Shown: positions 1 to 9,058 of the stretch, piece after piece
Layout: every line of letters begins with the position of its first letter
Position numbering within the stretch: position 1 is the first letter of the stretch
Assembly: GCA_041576165.1 (NCBI GenBank)
Contig: JBFGLM010000006.1
Location: forward strand, 74,458 to 138,457
DNA: 64,000 nucleotides
Source of the DNA: Acidimicrobiia bacterium
GTDB lineage: Bacteria; Actinomycetota; Acidimicrobiia; Spongiisociales; Spongiisociaceae
Direction of reading: 5' to 3'
Notes under the pieces: model-generated
Database searches by the model: none
The model's input: only the letters and a program-made list of their open reading frames with translations
What the model was told of the DNA's origin: nothing
Translations under genes and position numbers: made by a program

Positions 1-9
1 CGCCCGAGT

Positions 10-2073
10 TCAGATGAACGCGGACGCGAAGATCAATGACACGATCGTCATGACCTTGATCACAATGTTCATCGCCGGGCCCGACGTGTCCTTGAACGGA
101 TCCCCGACGGTATCGCCGATGACGGCAGCCTTGTGCTGATCAGAGCCCTTGCCGCCGTACGCGCCCGCCTCGATGAACTTCTTGGCGTTGTCCCAGGCCC
201 CCCCGGCGTTCGCCATGAAGATCGCCAGCAAGAACCCCGTCACCAATGCTCCCGCCAGCAACCCGCCCAACGCCTCAGGATCGAAGAAGCCGACCACGAG
301 CGGCAGTGCAACTGCCAACGCCCCCGGCAGCAACATCTCCCGCAAGGCAGCATTGGTCGCGATGTCGACGGCGGTGGCGTAGTCAGGTTTGGCCTCCGAC
401 TTGCCCTCGAGCAGACCGGGAATATCGCGGAACTGGCGACGGACTTCCTCGATCATTTTGAACGCGGCCCGGCCCACCGCGTTGATGGTCATCGAAGCAA
501 ATAGGAACGGGAACATCGCGCCCAGGAACAGACCGACCGTCGTCCCCGGGTTCGTGATGTCGATGGACTCGAGCCCGACCGCCTGTGTATACGCCGCAAA
601 CAGAGCCAGCGCAGTCACGGCGGCCGACCCGATCGCGAAGCCCTTCCCCAGGGCTGCGGTGGTGTTGCCGAGGGAGTCGAGAGCGTCAGTCGCTTCCCGC
701 ACCTCGGGCGGCAAGTGCGCCATCTCGGCGATGCCGCCTGCGTTGTCCGCGATCGGCCCGTAGGCGTCGACCGCGACGGTTATGCCCAGGGTCGAAAGCA
801 CGCCGATGGCCGCGATCGCCACTCCGTAGATGCCGCCGCCCTCACCCATCGCCCAGTTACCGGCCCAGAATGCACCGCCGATCCCGGCCGCCACGACGAT
901 CACCGAGAAGGCCGCGGAGCGCATTCCCTCCGCGATGCCGGAGAGAATGACCGTGGCCGGTCCGGTCTCCGACTGGCGGGCGATCTCCTTGACGGCCTTG
1001 TAGTGGTCGGAAGTGAAGATCTCCGAGATCTTCCCGACGATTATGCCGACCAAAAGGCCAACCAACACGGCCAGGAAGATGCCCAGAGGGTTCTCGACGC
1101 CGCTGTCCCCGTTGAACACCAGGAACGTCAGCCCGAGCACGGCCAGACCCGTGATCACTGCGGCGACATTGCCACCCCGGTGCAACGCGGCCGACAAATT
1201 GGCATCGGGCCCGGACACCCGGACGAAAAAGGATCCGATGATCGCGGCGAACATTCCGGTTGCGGCGACGGCCAGCGGGAAGATGATCGCCTCGTCGATG
1301 AAGCTGCGTCCGGTGAACGCCAGCGCCGCATATGCCACCGGTGCCACGATCGAGCCGATGTAACTCTCGAACAGATCGGCGCCCATCCCGGCCACATCGC
1401 CGACGTTGTCACCCACGTTGTCGGCAATCACCGCCGGATTCCGCGGGTCGTCCTCAGGTATGCCGGCCTCGACCTTGCCGACCAGGTCGGCGCCCACATC
1501 GGCTGCCTTGGTGTAGATCCCGCCGCCGACCCGAGCGAACAGCGCGATTGACGAAGCGCCCAAGCCGATGGCCGCAAGCACATCGTACTTGTTGTCGATG
1601 TCGAGGACGTTGACGAAAACCAGATAGCCGAGCGCCACGCCGAGCAACCCGAGGCCGGCCACGGTGAATCCCATGACCGCGCCACCCCGAAAAGCCACCG
1701 GAAGCGCCTGCGCCACTCCGCCGGCGTGGGCGGCTTCGGCGGTGCGGGCGTTGGCGGCGGTAGCGATTCGCATTCCGATGAATCCGGCCAGCCCGGACAG
1801 GAAGGCCCCGAAGATGTACGCAATGCTCCCCCACGGAAATCCCCAATCGAGAACCACCGCGATGATCACGGCCATCACGACCACGAAGCCCGCCACCCAC
1901 GTGTACTCGCGCCGCATGAATGCGTCCGCGCCCAGGCGTATCGCAGCCGACAGCTCTTGCATGCGATCGTTGCCCTGGTCGGCCGCCAGCACCGCCCTGG
2001 CGTAAAACCACGCCAGCGCGACCGCCGCCACCCCGGCGACGAGCGCGATGACCAACAGCACATCAGATGACAT
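10..2073 (-). CDS. hppA: Membrane-bound pyrophosphatase, K+-dependent, probably Na+-translocating
   Basis: 687 aa polytopic protein with GGGIYTKAADVGADLVGKVE, DNVGDNVGD and GDTVGDPFKD motifs. GNTTAA (Ala) marks the K+-dependent type and ADLFESY carries the gate Glu of Na+-PPases. RBS-like GAGAGAGG upstream. Confidence 0.95.
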   Translation of the reverse strand: MSSDVLLVIALVAGVAAVALAWFYARAVLAADQGNDRMQELSAAIRLGADAFMRREYTWVAGFVVVMAVIIAVVLDWGFPWGSIAYIFGAFLSGLAGFIGMRIATAANARTAEAAHAGGVAQALPVAFRGGAVMGFTVAGLGLLGVALGYLVFVNVLDIDNKYDVLAAIGLGASSIALFARVGGGIYTKAADVGADLVGKVEAGIPEDDPRNPAVIADNVGDNVGDVAGMGADLFESYIGSIVAPVAYAALAFTGRSFIDEAIIFPLAVAATGMFAAIIGSFFVRVSGPDANLSAALHRGGNVAAVITGLAVLGLTFLVFNGDSGVENPLGIFLAVLVGLLVGIIVGKISEIFTSDHYKAVKEIARQSETGPATVILSGIAEGMRSAAFSVIVVAAGIGGAFWAGNWAMGEGGGIYGVAIAAIGVLSTLGITVAVDAYGPIADNAGGIAEMAHLPPEVREATDALDSLGNTTAALGKGFAIGSAAVTALALFAAYTQAVGLESIDITNPGTTVGLFLGAMFPFLFASMTINAVGRAAFKMIEEVRRQFRDIPGLLEGKSEAKPDYATAVDIATNAALREMLLPGALAVALPLVVGFFDPEALGGLLAGALVTGFLLAIFMANAGGAWDNAKKFIEAGAYGGKGSDQHKAAVIGDTVGDPFKDTSGPAMNIVIKVMTIVSLIFASAFI

Positions 2074-2232
2074 CGAGGAGCCTCTCTCCCTCTAGCTCAA
2101 TGCAAAACCGGCCGGAGTATAGGAGTGGAACCCTGGGCTAACCCGAATCCGGTCGGCACCCAGATCAGTCCTCGAGCGGCACACCCGATCCTCAAATGGG
2201 CGCATAGCGGTCTCGTCCGTAAAGTGCCCCCG

Positions 2233-3495
2233 ATGCACCGCACCGTGGCCCTGCTCCTCGCCGCCGGATTGGCGTTGGCCGGGTGTAGCCGGTCGGATGG
2301 CGGCGGGTCGACTAACACAACATCCGAACCAGCACCAGGGGCAACTGCGAGCTCAGCGCCGGCGCCGTCGACCACGGTCGCACCGACAACTTCGTTGCCG
2401 ACCGCCGTGACGGTGACGACCGCTATTGAAGGGGCCGACGGTGCCATGGCCGCGGCAATCGCTGCGGTGTACACCGCGGCGCTCAATCCGGAGCAGGATG
2501 CCGAAGGCGTGCCCGCCGGCCTCCTCTCCCAGTTCAAGGAGAGGGCCCCGCAGCCGGGGCCGGTCACGATCGCGGGCTCCGTGACCACGGGCAGGATCCT
2601 CGACACAGATATCGCCGTCTTCACGTCAGGCCACGACGTGGTGTTGCTCGCCGGCGCGCCCGGCGTGGACTCGGGATCGGCGACGGGCTGGGAGGTCGCC
2701 GGCGCCAAGCTCGCCAGCCTGGACGAGCCGGCGTGGTACGGCAACGCGCCGCGACTGGTGTTGGTGCTCGGCTCCGACGCGCGGCCCGGCCAGAAGGTGA
2801 CCGGATTTCGAGCGGATTCGGTGCACGTGGTTGCGTCCGTACCTGCCACCGGCGAGGGCTCCGTGGTGGGGATACCCCGCGATTCGTGGGTGGAGGCCTC
2901 GTATGGTCGCCAGGCGAAGCTCACCAACACGATGGCATCCCGCGGTCCGGAGGTGGTGCTCGAGACAGTGCGCCTGCTCACGGGACTGGAGCTGGAGGGT
3001 TACCTGGTGACCGGGTTCCAGGGCTTCGAGGGTCTGATCGATGCGTTCGGCGGGTTCTCCATCACCGTTCCGTATGGCATGGCGGACCCCAAATCCAACG
3101 CCTACTTCAACGCAGGGGTCCAGCAGTTCGACGGCGCTGATGCGCTGGCGTTTTCGCGAAACCGCACCGACACACCCCGGGGGGACTTTGGGCGCCAGCT
3201 CAACCACGGCCTGGTGATGCTGGCAATGCTTCCCGAGGTGCAGGAGCGGGGTGTCGCGCAGCTGCCGCAGCTGCTGGAGATACTCACTCGGTTCGTGATC
3301 ACCGATCTCGACGCGTCCGACCTGCTGGCGATCGCGGCATCGAGTTTCGAACTAGACCCGGAGAAGGTGAGCAACGTGGTCGCCCCGGGCCGGGCGGGAT
3401 CCACCTCGGGCGGCGCCAGCGTCGTTTTCCTCGGGGATGAAGCGTTCGAGTTGTTCGATGACGTGGCGGACGGGGTGGTGGACGGAACGTACTGA
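2233..3495 (+). CDS. LCP (LytR-CpsA-Psr) family lipoprotein
   Basis: Lipobox LAGC, Thr/Pro linker, motifs VLGSDAR, RADS, IPRDSWV, ALAFSRNR and DFGRQ. Start moved to ATG 2233, 7 nt after TAAAGT. Confidence 0.88.
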   Translation: MHRTVALLLAAGLALAGCSRSDGGGSTNTTSEPAPGATASSAPAPSTTVAPTTSLPTAVTVTTAIEGADGAMAAAIAAVYTAALNPEQDAEGVPAGLLSQFKERAPQPGPVTIAGSVTTGRILDTDIAVFTSGHDVVLLAGAPGVDSGSATGWEVAGAKLASLDEPAWYGNAPRLVLVLGSDARPGQKVTGFRADSVHVVASVPATGEGSVVGIPRDSWVEASYGRQAKLTNTMASRGPEVVLETVRLLTGLELEGYLVTGFQGFEGLIDAFGGFSITVPYGMADPKSNAYFNAGVQQFDGADALAFSRNRTDTPRGDFGRQLNHGLVMLAMLPEVQERGVAQLPQLLEILTRFVITDLDASDLLAIAASSFELDPEKVSNVVAPGRAGSTSGGASVVFLGDEAFELFDDVADGVVDGTY

Positions 3496-3651
3496 TACCC
3501 AACGAGGGGCCGCATATGTGTGCGGCCCCATGGTGTTGGCGGCATCCCCCACGAGCGGCCGGTTGCCCGTCCGCTCGCCGGCTGCCTCTGTATACGACGC
3601 AGCGTCCCCGGCTGGATGATCTATCTCCCGAGACTCGCGATACTGCCGCCG

Positions 3652-4836
3652 GTGCTGGGGAGATTCGCCACCTCGATCATCGTGCTGATCGCGGCAACGG
3701 CCGTTGCCGTCCCGTCGGGCGCGCTGGGAGATCTCCCGCCAGGCGGGACCTTTGCGGACGACGACGGGAGCGTGCACGAAGGAGCGATCGAGGCCCTGAC
3801 GGCTGCCGGTATCTCCTCAGGGTGCGGACCGGAGCGATTCTGCCCGGCCCGGCTCTTGACTCGGTCCGAGATGGCCGCCTTCCTGGCGCGGGCCCTGGCT
3901 CTACCCCCCAGCTCCAACGATTGGTTTGCCGACGACAACGACCACCTCTTCGAAACAGAGATCAACAGCATCTCCGCCGCTTCCGTCACCCAAGGGTGCA
4001 ATCCGGGCATGTTCTGCCCGGATGAAACGATGAGCCGGGGGCAAATGGCATCTTTCCTCGCTCGAGCCTTCGCCATCCCGGCGACTGATATCGACGCCTT
4101 CAGCGACGACACGGGTTCGGTGCATGAAGCATCCATCAACGCAATCGCCGCCGCCGGCATAACGACCGGGTGCGACGATGGCCGGTACTGCCCGCTCGAG
4201 CGCGTTCGGCGCGATCAGATGGCGTCGTTGCTGGTACGGGCGATGCGCCTCGAGTTGATCGTGCCTCCGCCGCGAGCCCCCCAGCTGTGTCGTACTGCCG
4301 ACCCGGCTTCGCCGACCGGCACGTTTACGACTGCCGCCGGCGGGCATCCTCCGTCGCCCGGCGGTGGAACCATCTGGCGCTACGCGGTGCAGGTCGAAGT
4401 GGGGCTGGGTATCGATCCGAACTGCGTAGCGGCCTCGGTGGCAATGGTGCTGGCCGACGAAGCTCGCGGCTGGGGCAGCAGCGGTGCCCGATCGTTCGAA
4501 CGAGTCGATCCGGCCGCAGCCGACTTCATCGTGACGCTGGCGTTCCCGTCCACCACCGACCAGCTGTGCCATCCGATCCGAACCGGCGGGATCTATAGCT
4601 GCTGGAGTGGTCGCCAGGCGGTGCTGAACTCGTGGCGATGGGAGGCGGGCGCCGCCGCCTACGCCGAGGTCGATCAGTACCGGATCTACCTGATCGGTCA
4701 CGAGGTGGGACACGCGCTCGGATTTGGTCACCGGAGTTGTCCGGGAGCCGGTCAACCGAGCCCCGTGATGATGCAACAAACGAAGTCGGTCGGCTCCTGC
4801 ACGCCCGATCCCTGGCCCGAGTCATACGAGCTCTAG
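3652..4836 (+). CDS. Secreted S-layer homology (SLH) repeat protein with C-terminal DUF3152-like zinc metallopeptidase domain
   Basis: Signal peptide, three F.DD..S.HE..I..(GI/V)..GC...(F/Y)CP....R.(E/Q)MA.(F/L)L.RA repeats, then HEVGHALGFGH and PVMMQQT. Start uncertain (3520/3616/3652). Confidence 0.8.
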   Translation: MLGRFATSIIVLIAATAVAVPSGALGDLPPGGTFADDDGSVHEGAIEALTAAGISSGCGPERFCPARLLTRSEMAAFLARALALPPSSNDWFADDNDHLFETEINSISAASVTQGCNPGMFCPDETMSRGQMASFLARAFAIPATDIDAFSDDTGSVHEASINAIAAAGITTGCDDGRYCPLERVRRDQMASLLVRAMRLELIVPPPRAPQLCRTADPASPTGTFTTAAGGHPPSPGGGTIWRYAVQVEVGLGIDPNCVAASVAMVLADEARGWGSSGARSFERVDPAAADFIVTLAFPSTTDQLCHPIRTGGIYSCWSGRQAVLNSWRWEAGAAAYAEVDQYRIYLIGHEVGHALGFGHRSCPGAGQPSPVMMQQTKSVGSCTPDPWPESYEL

Positions 4837-4887
4837 CCCGTTACCGCCGTCCCGGCGTCGGAATCCGCCCGGGGGGTGCAGCCAGGT

Positions 4888-4924
4888 TGGATAGGCCGGA
4901 CCCGGCCCGGTCCTAGTGACGTCA
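4888..4924 (-). promoter_or_regulatory. Putative bacterial SECIS element 2 (extends into the 3' UTR)
   Basis: UGA-CGUCACUAGGACC-GGGCCG-GGUC-CGGCCU-AUCC: 6-bp apical stem, GGUC loop starting 19 nt after the UGA. Confidence 0.6.
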
Positions 4925-5224
4925 GGAGGGCTGGTGCTTGTGATTCACCTCGACTCTGAGCGCCCGCCACAGGACACGATTCTTTGTCACGACATGCGCC
5001 GACGACGCCCAGCTCATCAAGCTCGGAGCGACGAGAAACCGTACGTCGTCGATCAGGACCCGCTTGTAGGGCCGGATGTTCTTTCCCTTCAGGTGGGTGT
5101 CGACCGACACCTCGGCTTTGCCACCTCACGAGATGGGTGGGATGAAATCCAATGCGACGGTTCCGCCGCGCCGGCGGGCCAGCTCGAGGGCTTCCTCGTC
5201 TGCCGTAACTGTGAAGTTCAGCAC
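4913..5224 (-). CDS. Putative HesB/IscA-like selenoprotein with two in-frame UGA (Sec) codons, 103 aa
   Basis: Frame from GTG 5224 reads MLNFTVTADEEALELARRRGGTVALDFIPPIS-UGA-GGKAEVSVDTHLKG...LRVEVNHKHQPS-UGA-RH-UAG. UGAs at 5128-5126 and 4924-4922, each followed by a SECIS-like hairpin. Leaderless -10 TAGCTT lies 6 nt before the GTG. Confidence 0.72.
5091..5128 (-). promoter_or_regulatory. Putative bacterial SECIS element 1
   Basis: UGA-GGUGGCAAAGCCGA-GGUGUC-GGUC-GACACC-CACCU: 6-bp apical stem, GGUC loop starting 20 nt after the UGA, lower stem AGGUG/CACCU. Confidence 0.68.
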
Positions 5225-5233
5225 CAGCTGAAG

Positions 5234-6508
5234 CTACTGGATCGGCGGAGATATCCCCTCTGACACCGCAGCCGATGGAGCCAGCACCCGGCGATAGCGC
5301 AGCCGCAGGCTCATCACCGCGACCGCAGCGGCTGCGCCGGCCAGCGCCAGGACGGAGAAGCTCTGCCAGTCGAGGATGACGCCCGAGGCCACGGCCGCCA
5401 CCGCTCCCGAGATCCACGTCACGGCGTCGGCAACTCCCTGCAGCCGTACTCGGGTACTCCCGGTCGCGGCGTCGGTCACCAGTGCGCTGGCCGCAACGAA
5501 ACCGAAGTTCCACCCGACCCCCAGCAGGAACAGCGAACCCATCAGGAGCGCTCGGTCCCCACCGCCTGCCGGGGCCGCCAGCAGCGCCGCCACCACAAGC
5601 AGAATCTGGCCCGTCACGATGATCGGTACCTTGCCGTACCGGTCCGACAGCCAGCCCGTCACGGGGGAGAAGAAGAACATGCCGAAGGTATGCGCCCCGA
5701 TGACCAGACCGACCAGCGTCAGGTTCTCTCCCGCGTCCCGGATGTGGATCGGGGTCATCGCCATGATCAGCACCATCACGAATTGCCCGACGCTCAGCGC
5801 AGCTAGGGCGTAGCGAACGACCGGAGTCCGCACGGTCGGGCCGAGCGGCATGCGGTGCGACTGGGTCGGTCCGGTGGGATCGGGATCTTCGGTGAACGTC
5901 AGCGGATCGGGTCGCAGCAGGAGACCGAGTATCAGCGCTGCGCCTCCCACCAGAATCGCCGCCACCAGCAGACCGCCTGCCAACGCTGGGAAGGCCAGCG
6001 TCTTGGCCAACCGCTCGGCAGGCGCCAGCAGCAGCGGCCCCGCAACCGAGCCCACCGTTCCCGCCCAGACGATCGCAGAGATGGCCGATGCTCGCATGTG
6101 GGCCGGGGCCACGTCGGCGGCGGCATATCGGCTCAGCCGATCGCCCGACGCGCCGAGACCGAAGAGAAAGAAGCCGGCCAGCAACAGCGGAAAGACCCCG
6201 ACCCGCACTGCCACGGCTCCGGTCAGCATCCCAGCGGACGCAACGCTCAACGACAATCCGAAACCGGGGCGCCGGCCACGGCGTGCCATGAACGCGGCCA
6301 GGGGCGCGACGCCTGCCGCAAGACCGAAAGTCGCCAGCGCGGCGGGTATCCCGCTCCAGCGAGCGGCTCCCAGCATTTCCGCCGCAGCCAGCGGCGCTAC
6401 CGTCACGGCCGCGATGAACGCGGTGCGATTTATCCCGGCCGCGACAAACAGCGTGACCAGAAGGCGTTGACGGGTGTGGGGCCTGGCGACGGTGTCGGTC
6501 ACCGGCAC
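5234..6508 (-). CDS. MFS transporter
   Basis: 424 aa, about 12 hydrophobic segments, motif-A-like MARRGRR and GWLSDRYGK, HTFGMFFFSP. Confidence 0.9.
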   Translation of the reverse strand: MPVTDTVARPHTRQRLLVTLFVAAGINRTAFIAAVTVAPLAAAEMLGAARWSGIPAALATFGLAAGVAPLAAFMARRGRRPGFGLSLSVASAGMLTGAVAVRVGVFPLLLAGFFLFGLGASGDRLSRYAAADVAPAHMRASAISAIVWAGTVGSVAGPLLLAPAERLAKTLAFPALAGGLLVAAILVGGAALILGLLLRPDPLTFTEDPDPTGPTQSHRMPLGPTVRTPVVRYALAALSVGQFVMVLIMAMTPIHIRDAGENLTLVGLVIGAHTFGMFFFSPVTGWLSDRYGKVPIIVTGQILLVVAALLAAPAGGGDRALLMGSLFLLGVGWNFGFVAASALVTDAATGSTRVRLQGVADAVTWISGAVAAVASGVILDWQSFSVLALAGAAAAVAVMSLRLRYRRVLAPSAAVSEGISPPIQ

Positions 6509-6562
6509 CAGTGTACGGCCATCGTACCCGCCCGCTGTCGTCTCCGATCCCGGCCGCCGGCG

Positions 6563-7246
6563 CTAGCCGATGCGGCGTTTCCAGCCCAGCTTGGGATGAA
6601 TACCCCGCGGCGGCCAGTAGCCGTCGTTGCGATACGCCCAGTACTCAAAGGGGTTGTCGTAGTAGGCGACCGTTTCGATGGCGTTGAACAGGCGACCTCT
6701 CACCACGGGCCACAGCATGAGACCGACGATGCCGCCCATCACCAGCCATCCGCCGTATGTGATGTGAAACAGAGGACCGAACCAGCGGTTTTGCCAGATG
6801 TGCAGCTCCTCGTGGGCCGTGACGAACCGGCGGCGTCTGCGCGCTCGCTCCGACTCCCCTTTCAGCCCCACCTTGCCGCCCGCGTTGGAGATGACGTTGC
6901 CCATCGACAGCGCGAACCCGCCCCGCAGCGACGCGCCGGCGGCGTAGACGTGGCGGCACCGTCGCCGGCTGAGCGACTCGACATAGCCAGATCCCGGCCA
7001 CACAACATTGACGGCATGGAGGGCCAAACCCAGCGCCGTCCCGACGAGTCCCCATGTGGAGTCGAGGATCGCGGCCGTCCAGCCCCGCCTGCTTCGCCAG
7101 TCGTAGATCCCCGCGAACCCGGACACCACCCCGTTGAGCGAGCCGAGCAAGAACCCCAACGCGGGCAACCCCACCAGCGATCCGGTGGCCCAACCAGCGA
7201 CCCCACCACCGGCACCCACCGCGAGGGCCTCGACCACCCGCCGCAT
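6563..7246 (-). CDS. Membrane protein with Gly-rich N-terminus and HExxH zincin-like motif
   Basis: ATG 7246 overlaps the upstream stop (TGATG). Motifs HEELHIWQ and YYDNPFEYWAY. Confidence 0.7.
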   Translation of the reverse strand: MRRVVEALAVGAGGGVAGWATGSLVGLPALGFLLGSLNGVVSGFAGIYDWRSRRGWTAAILDSTWGLVGTALGLALHAVNVVWPGSGYVESLSRRRCRHVYAAGASLRGGFALSMGNVISNAGGKVGLKGESERARRRRRFVTAHEELHIWQNRWFGPLFHITYGGWLVMGGIVGLMLWPVVRGRLFNAIETVAYYDNPFEYWAYRNDGYWPPRGIHPKLGWKRRIG

Positions 7247-8091
7247 CAGAGGATGAATCCCTTGTGGAACAGCGCCAGGCCGTCCATGGTCGCCGCCACC
7301 GCGCAGTGCAGCGCCGCCCCCCACCAGATCGATCTGGTCTTGAGGGAGAGGGACCCCAGCACGTATCCGCCAACGATCGCCGCCAGTGCCTCGGCCACCG
7401 GCTTGGTGTAGTGGAGCATGTTGTAGGGAACGATCATCACGAACACCGCCATGAACCCCAGGCGTCCTTTCAGCCCGTGCACCAGAAAGCCGCGAAAGAA
7501 GAACTCCAACGCCACGAACTGAGCGGCATAGACCACCCACCAGATCCACATGTTGGGCCAGAGGTCTTCGCCCGGGGCCAGGTCATAGAAGGGATATTTC
7601 GCCTGGAACGCCGCCGTGGTGGACGCCACCACGATGAAGGGGAGCGAGACCGCAAACAACACCAGATATGTGCGGGCCTGGGGGAGGATCCCCCGAACGG
7701 TGGTGCCGAACGCACTGATTTGCTCCCTGAGAACGAAGCGAATGACCAGCCAGGGGATCGCCACATAACTCAACACCTGGACGATGCCCCAAAACGCAAG
7801 CCCGTTGAGCTCCCGATTGGCCGACTCGAAGAAGGCGCGTCGGCTGGCGGCCGCCAGCCCGTCCAACCCCAACGCGTCGACCATGCCTATGAACCAGAAC
7901 GGCCGGCTGGTCGCCCCGAAGTTGAGGGCGGTGAGTGCGACCGCCGCAGTGACGAGAATTATGGCGACCCGCCGGTTCGCCTCGGCCGGCGGGACCGACG
8001 CCCGGTACTGGTCGGACTCGGCATCCGTGCGGTCCGCCAGGTCCCTGAAAAAGCCCCGTCGAGAACGCACAGGCACGGTGTCCGCGGTCAT
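7246..8091 (-). CDS. CPBP (CAAX/Abi) family intramembrane glutamic/metallo-protease
   Basis: ALEFFFRG, MLHYTKP and SIWWGAALH motifs. Multi-TM. Confidence 0.88.
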   Translation of the reverse strand: MTADTVPVRSRRGFFRDLADRTDAESDQYRASVPPAEANRRVAIILVTAAVALTALNFGATSRPFWFIGMVDALGLDGLAAASRRAFFESANRELNGLAFWGIVQVLSYVAIPWLVIRFVLREQISAFGTTVRGILPQARTYLVLFAVSLPFIVVASTTAAFQAKYPFYDLAPGEDLWPNMWIWWVVYAAQFVALEFFFRGFLVHGLKGRLGFMAVFVMIVPYNMLHYTKPVAEALAAIVGGYVLGSLSLKTRSIWWGAALHCAVAATMDGLALFHKGFIL

Positions 8092-8270
8092 GGCGGCGGA
8101 GCGTAGTCCCGACCCGGTCCGTAGCTGCTGAGGGCGTGCGCGGATCGGCCATAACCTTGGACAATGTCGACAACAGCCGGCTACCCAGACCAGCGCGATA
8201 CCGCATGTTGGTGCGATCTGGAACGAAACGCGAAGGCCAGGGACCGTTCCCCAGCTTTACCGCGCACGCC

Positions 8271-8948
8271 CTACGCCAGCCGGGCGAGGGTGGGAGGAAG
8301 CTCGGCCAGTTGGTGAATGACAGCGACGGCGGTCGATGAACCCGAGTTCCTCCTATCGAGGAGGATCGCACGGATTCCGGCGGCGTGGGCCCCGGCCACG
8401 TCGTAGTCGTCGTGGTCCCCAACCATGATCGCCCGGCTCGGATCGACATCTCCCATGCGGGTCAGCGCGAGCAGGAACAGCTCCGGGTCCGGTTTGGGCA
8501 CACCCTCGATCGGGCCAAGCACCGTCGCATCGAAAAAGCGCCCGAGGCCGCCCGCCTCGGGGCCTTTGGTACCGTTTGAGACAAGACCCAGCCGGTACTG
8601 CCCGGCGAGCTGTTCCAAAGTCGGAACGGTATCGGGGAACAGCGGCAGGTCCCGGCTCAGGCCATCCAAGAAAGCCTCGGTGAGCTGGTCGACCAGTGCC
8701 GGATCGACAACGCCCACCTCGCAGAGCGCCAGCTCGAAAGTCCGTCGCCGCAGACCGACCACATCGGACTGGCCGTACTCCAGTCCGAGCCGGCGCCGAA
8801 TCTCGATCACGTGGCGTTCGTCGATTTGACCGATGAGGGGATGCACGCCCGCAGCCAGGTCCAGCACGGACCGCGTCACGCTTCGGGCGGCCAGCTGGAA
8901 ATCCCACAGAGTGTCGTCGGCGTCGAAGAGGACTGCATCGATCCCCAC
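8271..8948 (-). CDS. HAD-superfamily hydrolase (subfamily IA)
   Basis: FDADDTL, VSNG, KPDP and MVGD...D motifs. Leaderless: TAGGCT lies 6 nt before the GTG. Confidence 0.9.
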   Translation of the reverse strand: MGIDAVLFDADDTLWDFQLAARSVTRSVLDLAAGVHPLIGQIDERHVIEIRRRLGLEYGQSDVVGLRRRTFELALCEVGVVDPALVDQLTEAFLDGLSRDLPLFPDTVPTLEQLAGQYRLGLVSNGTKGPEAGGLGRFFDATVLGPIEGVPKPDPELFLLALTRMGDVDPSRAIMVGDHDDYDVAGAHAAGIRAILLDRRNSGSSTAVAVIHQLAELPPTLARLA

Positions 8949-8970
8949 GCCGCCAGCCTAAGGCTGGAGC

Positions 8971-9058
8971 GGCCCTTGAGGGCACCCTGTGGCCGAGAGT
9001 TCGAATCACACCCGGCCACTCGGTCCAACGGTCGGCTGTAGCGCCCCCTCAGGGGACC
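8971..9058 (-). ncRNA. Candidate ~88-nt structured small RNA (family unknown)
   Basis: The 5' and 3' ends pair (GGUCC..UGAGGG / CCCUCA.GGGCC), inner stem GUGGCCGGG/CUCGGCCAC, own TAGGCT -10 box at 9068-9063, no credible ORF. Confidence 0.4.

Noticed and set aside
2074-2232. Na+ or c-di-AMP riboswitch upstream of hppA
   Set aside because: No recognisable consensus. A TATACT -10 box near 2120-2115 implies a short leader.
8990-9020. tRNA (including tRNA-Sec) suggested by GTTCGAATC
   Set aside because: No 5-bp T-stem geometry, D-arm, anticodon arm or acceptor/CCA end. Kept only as part of the candidate sRNA.
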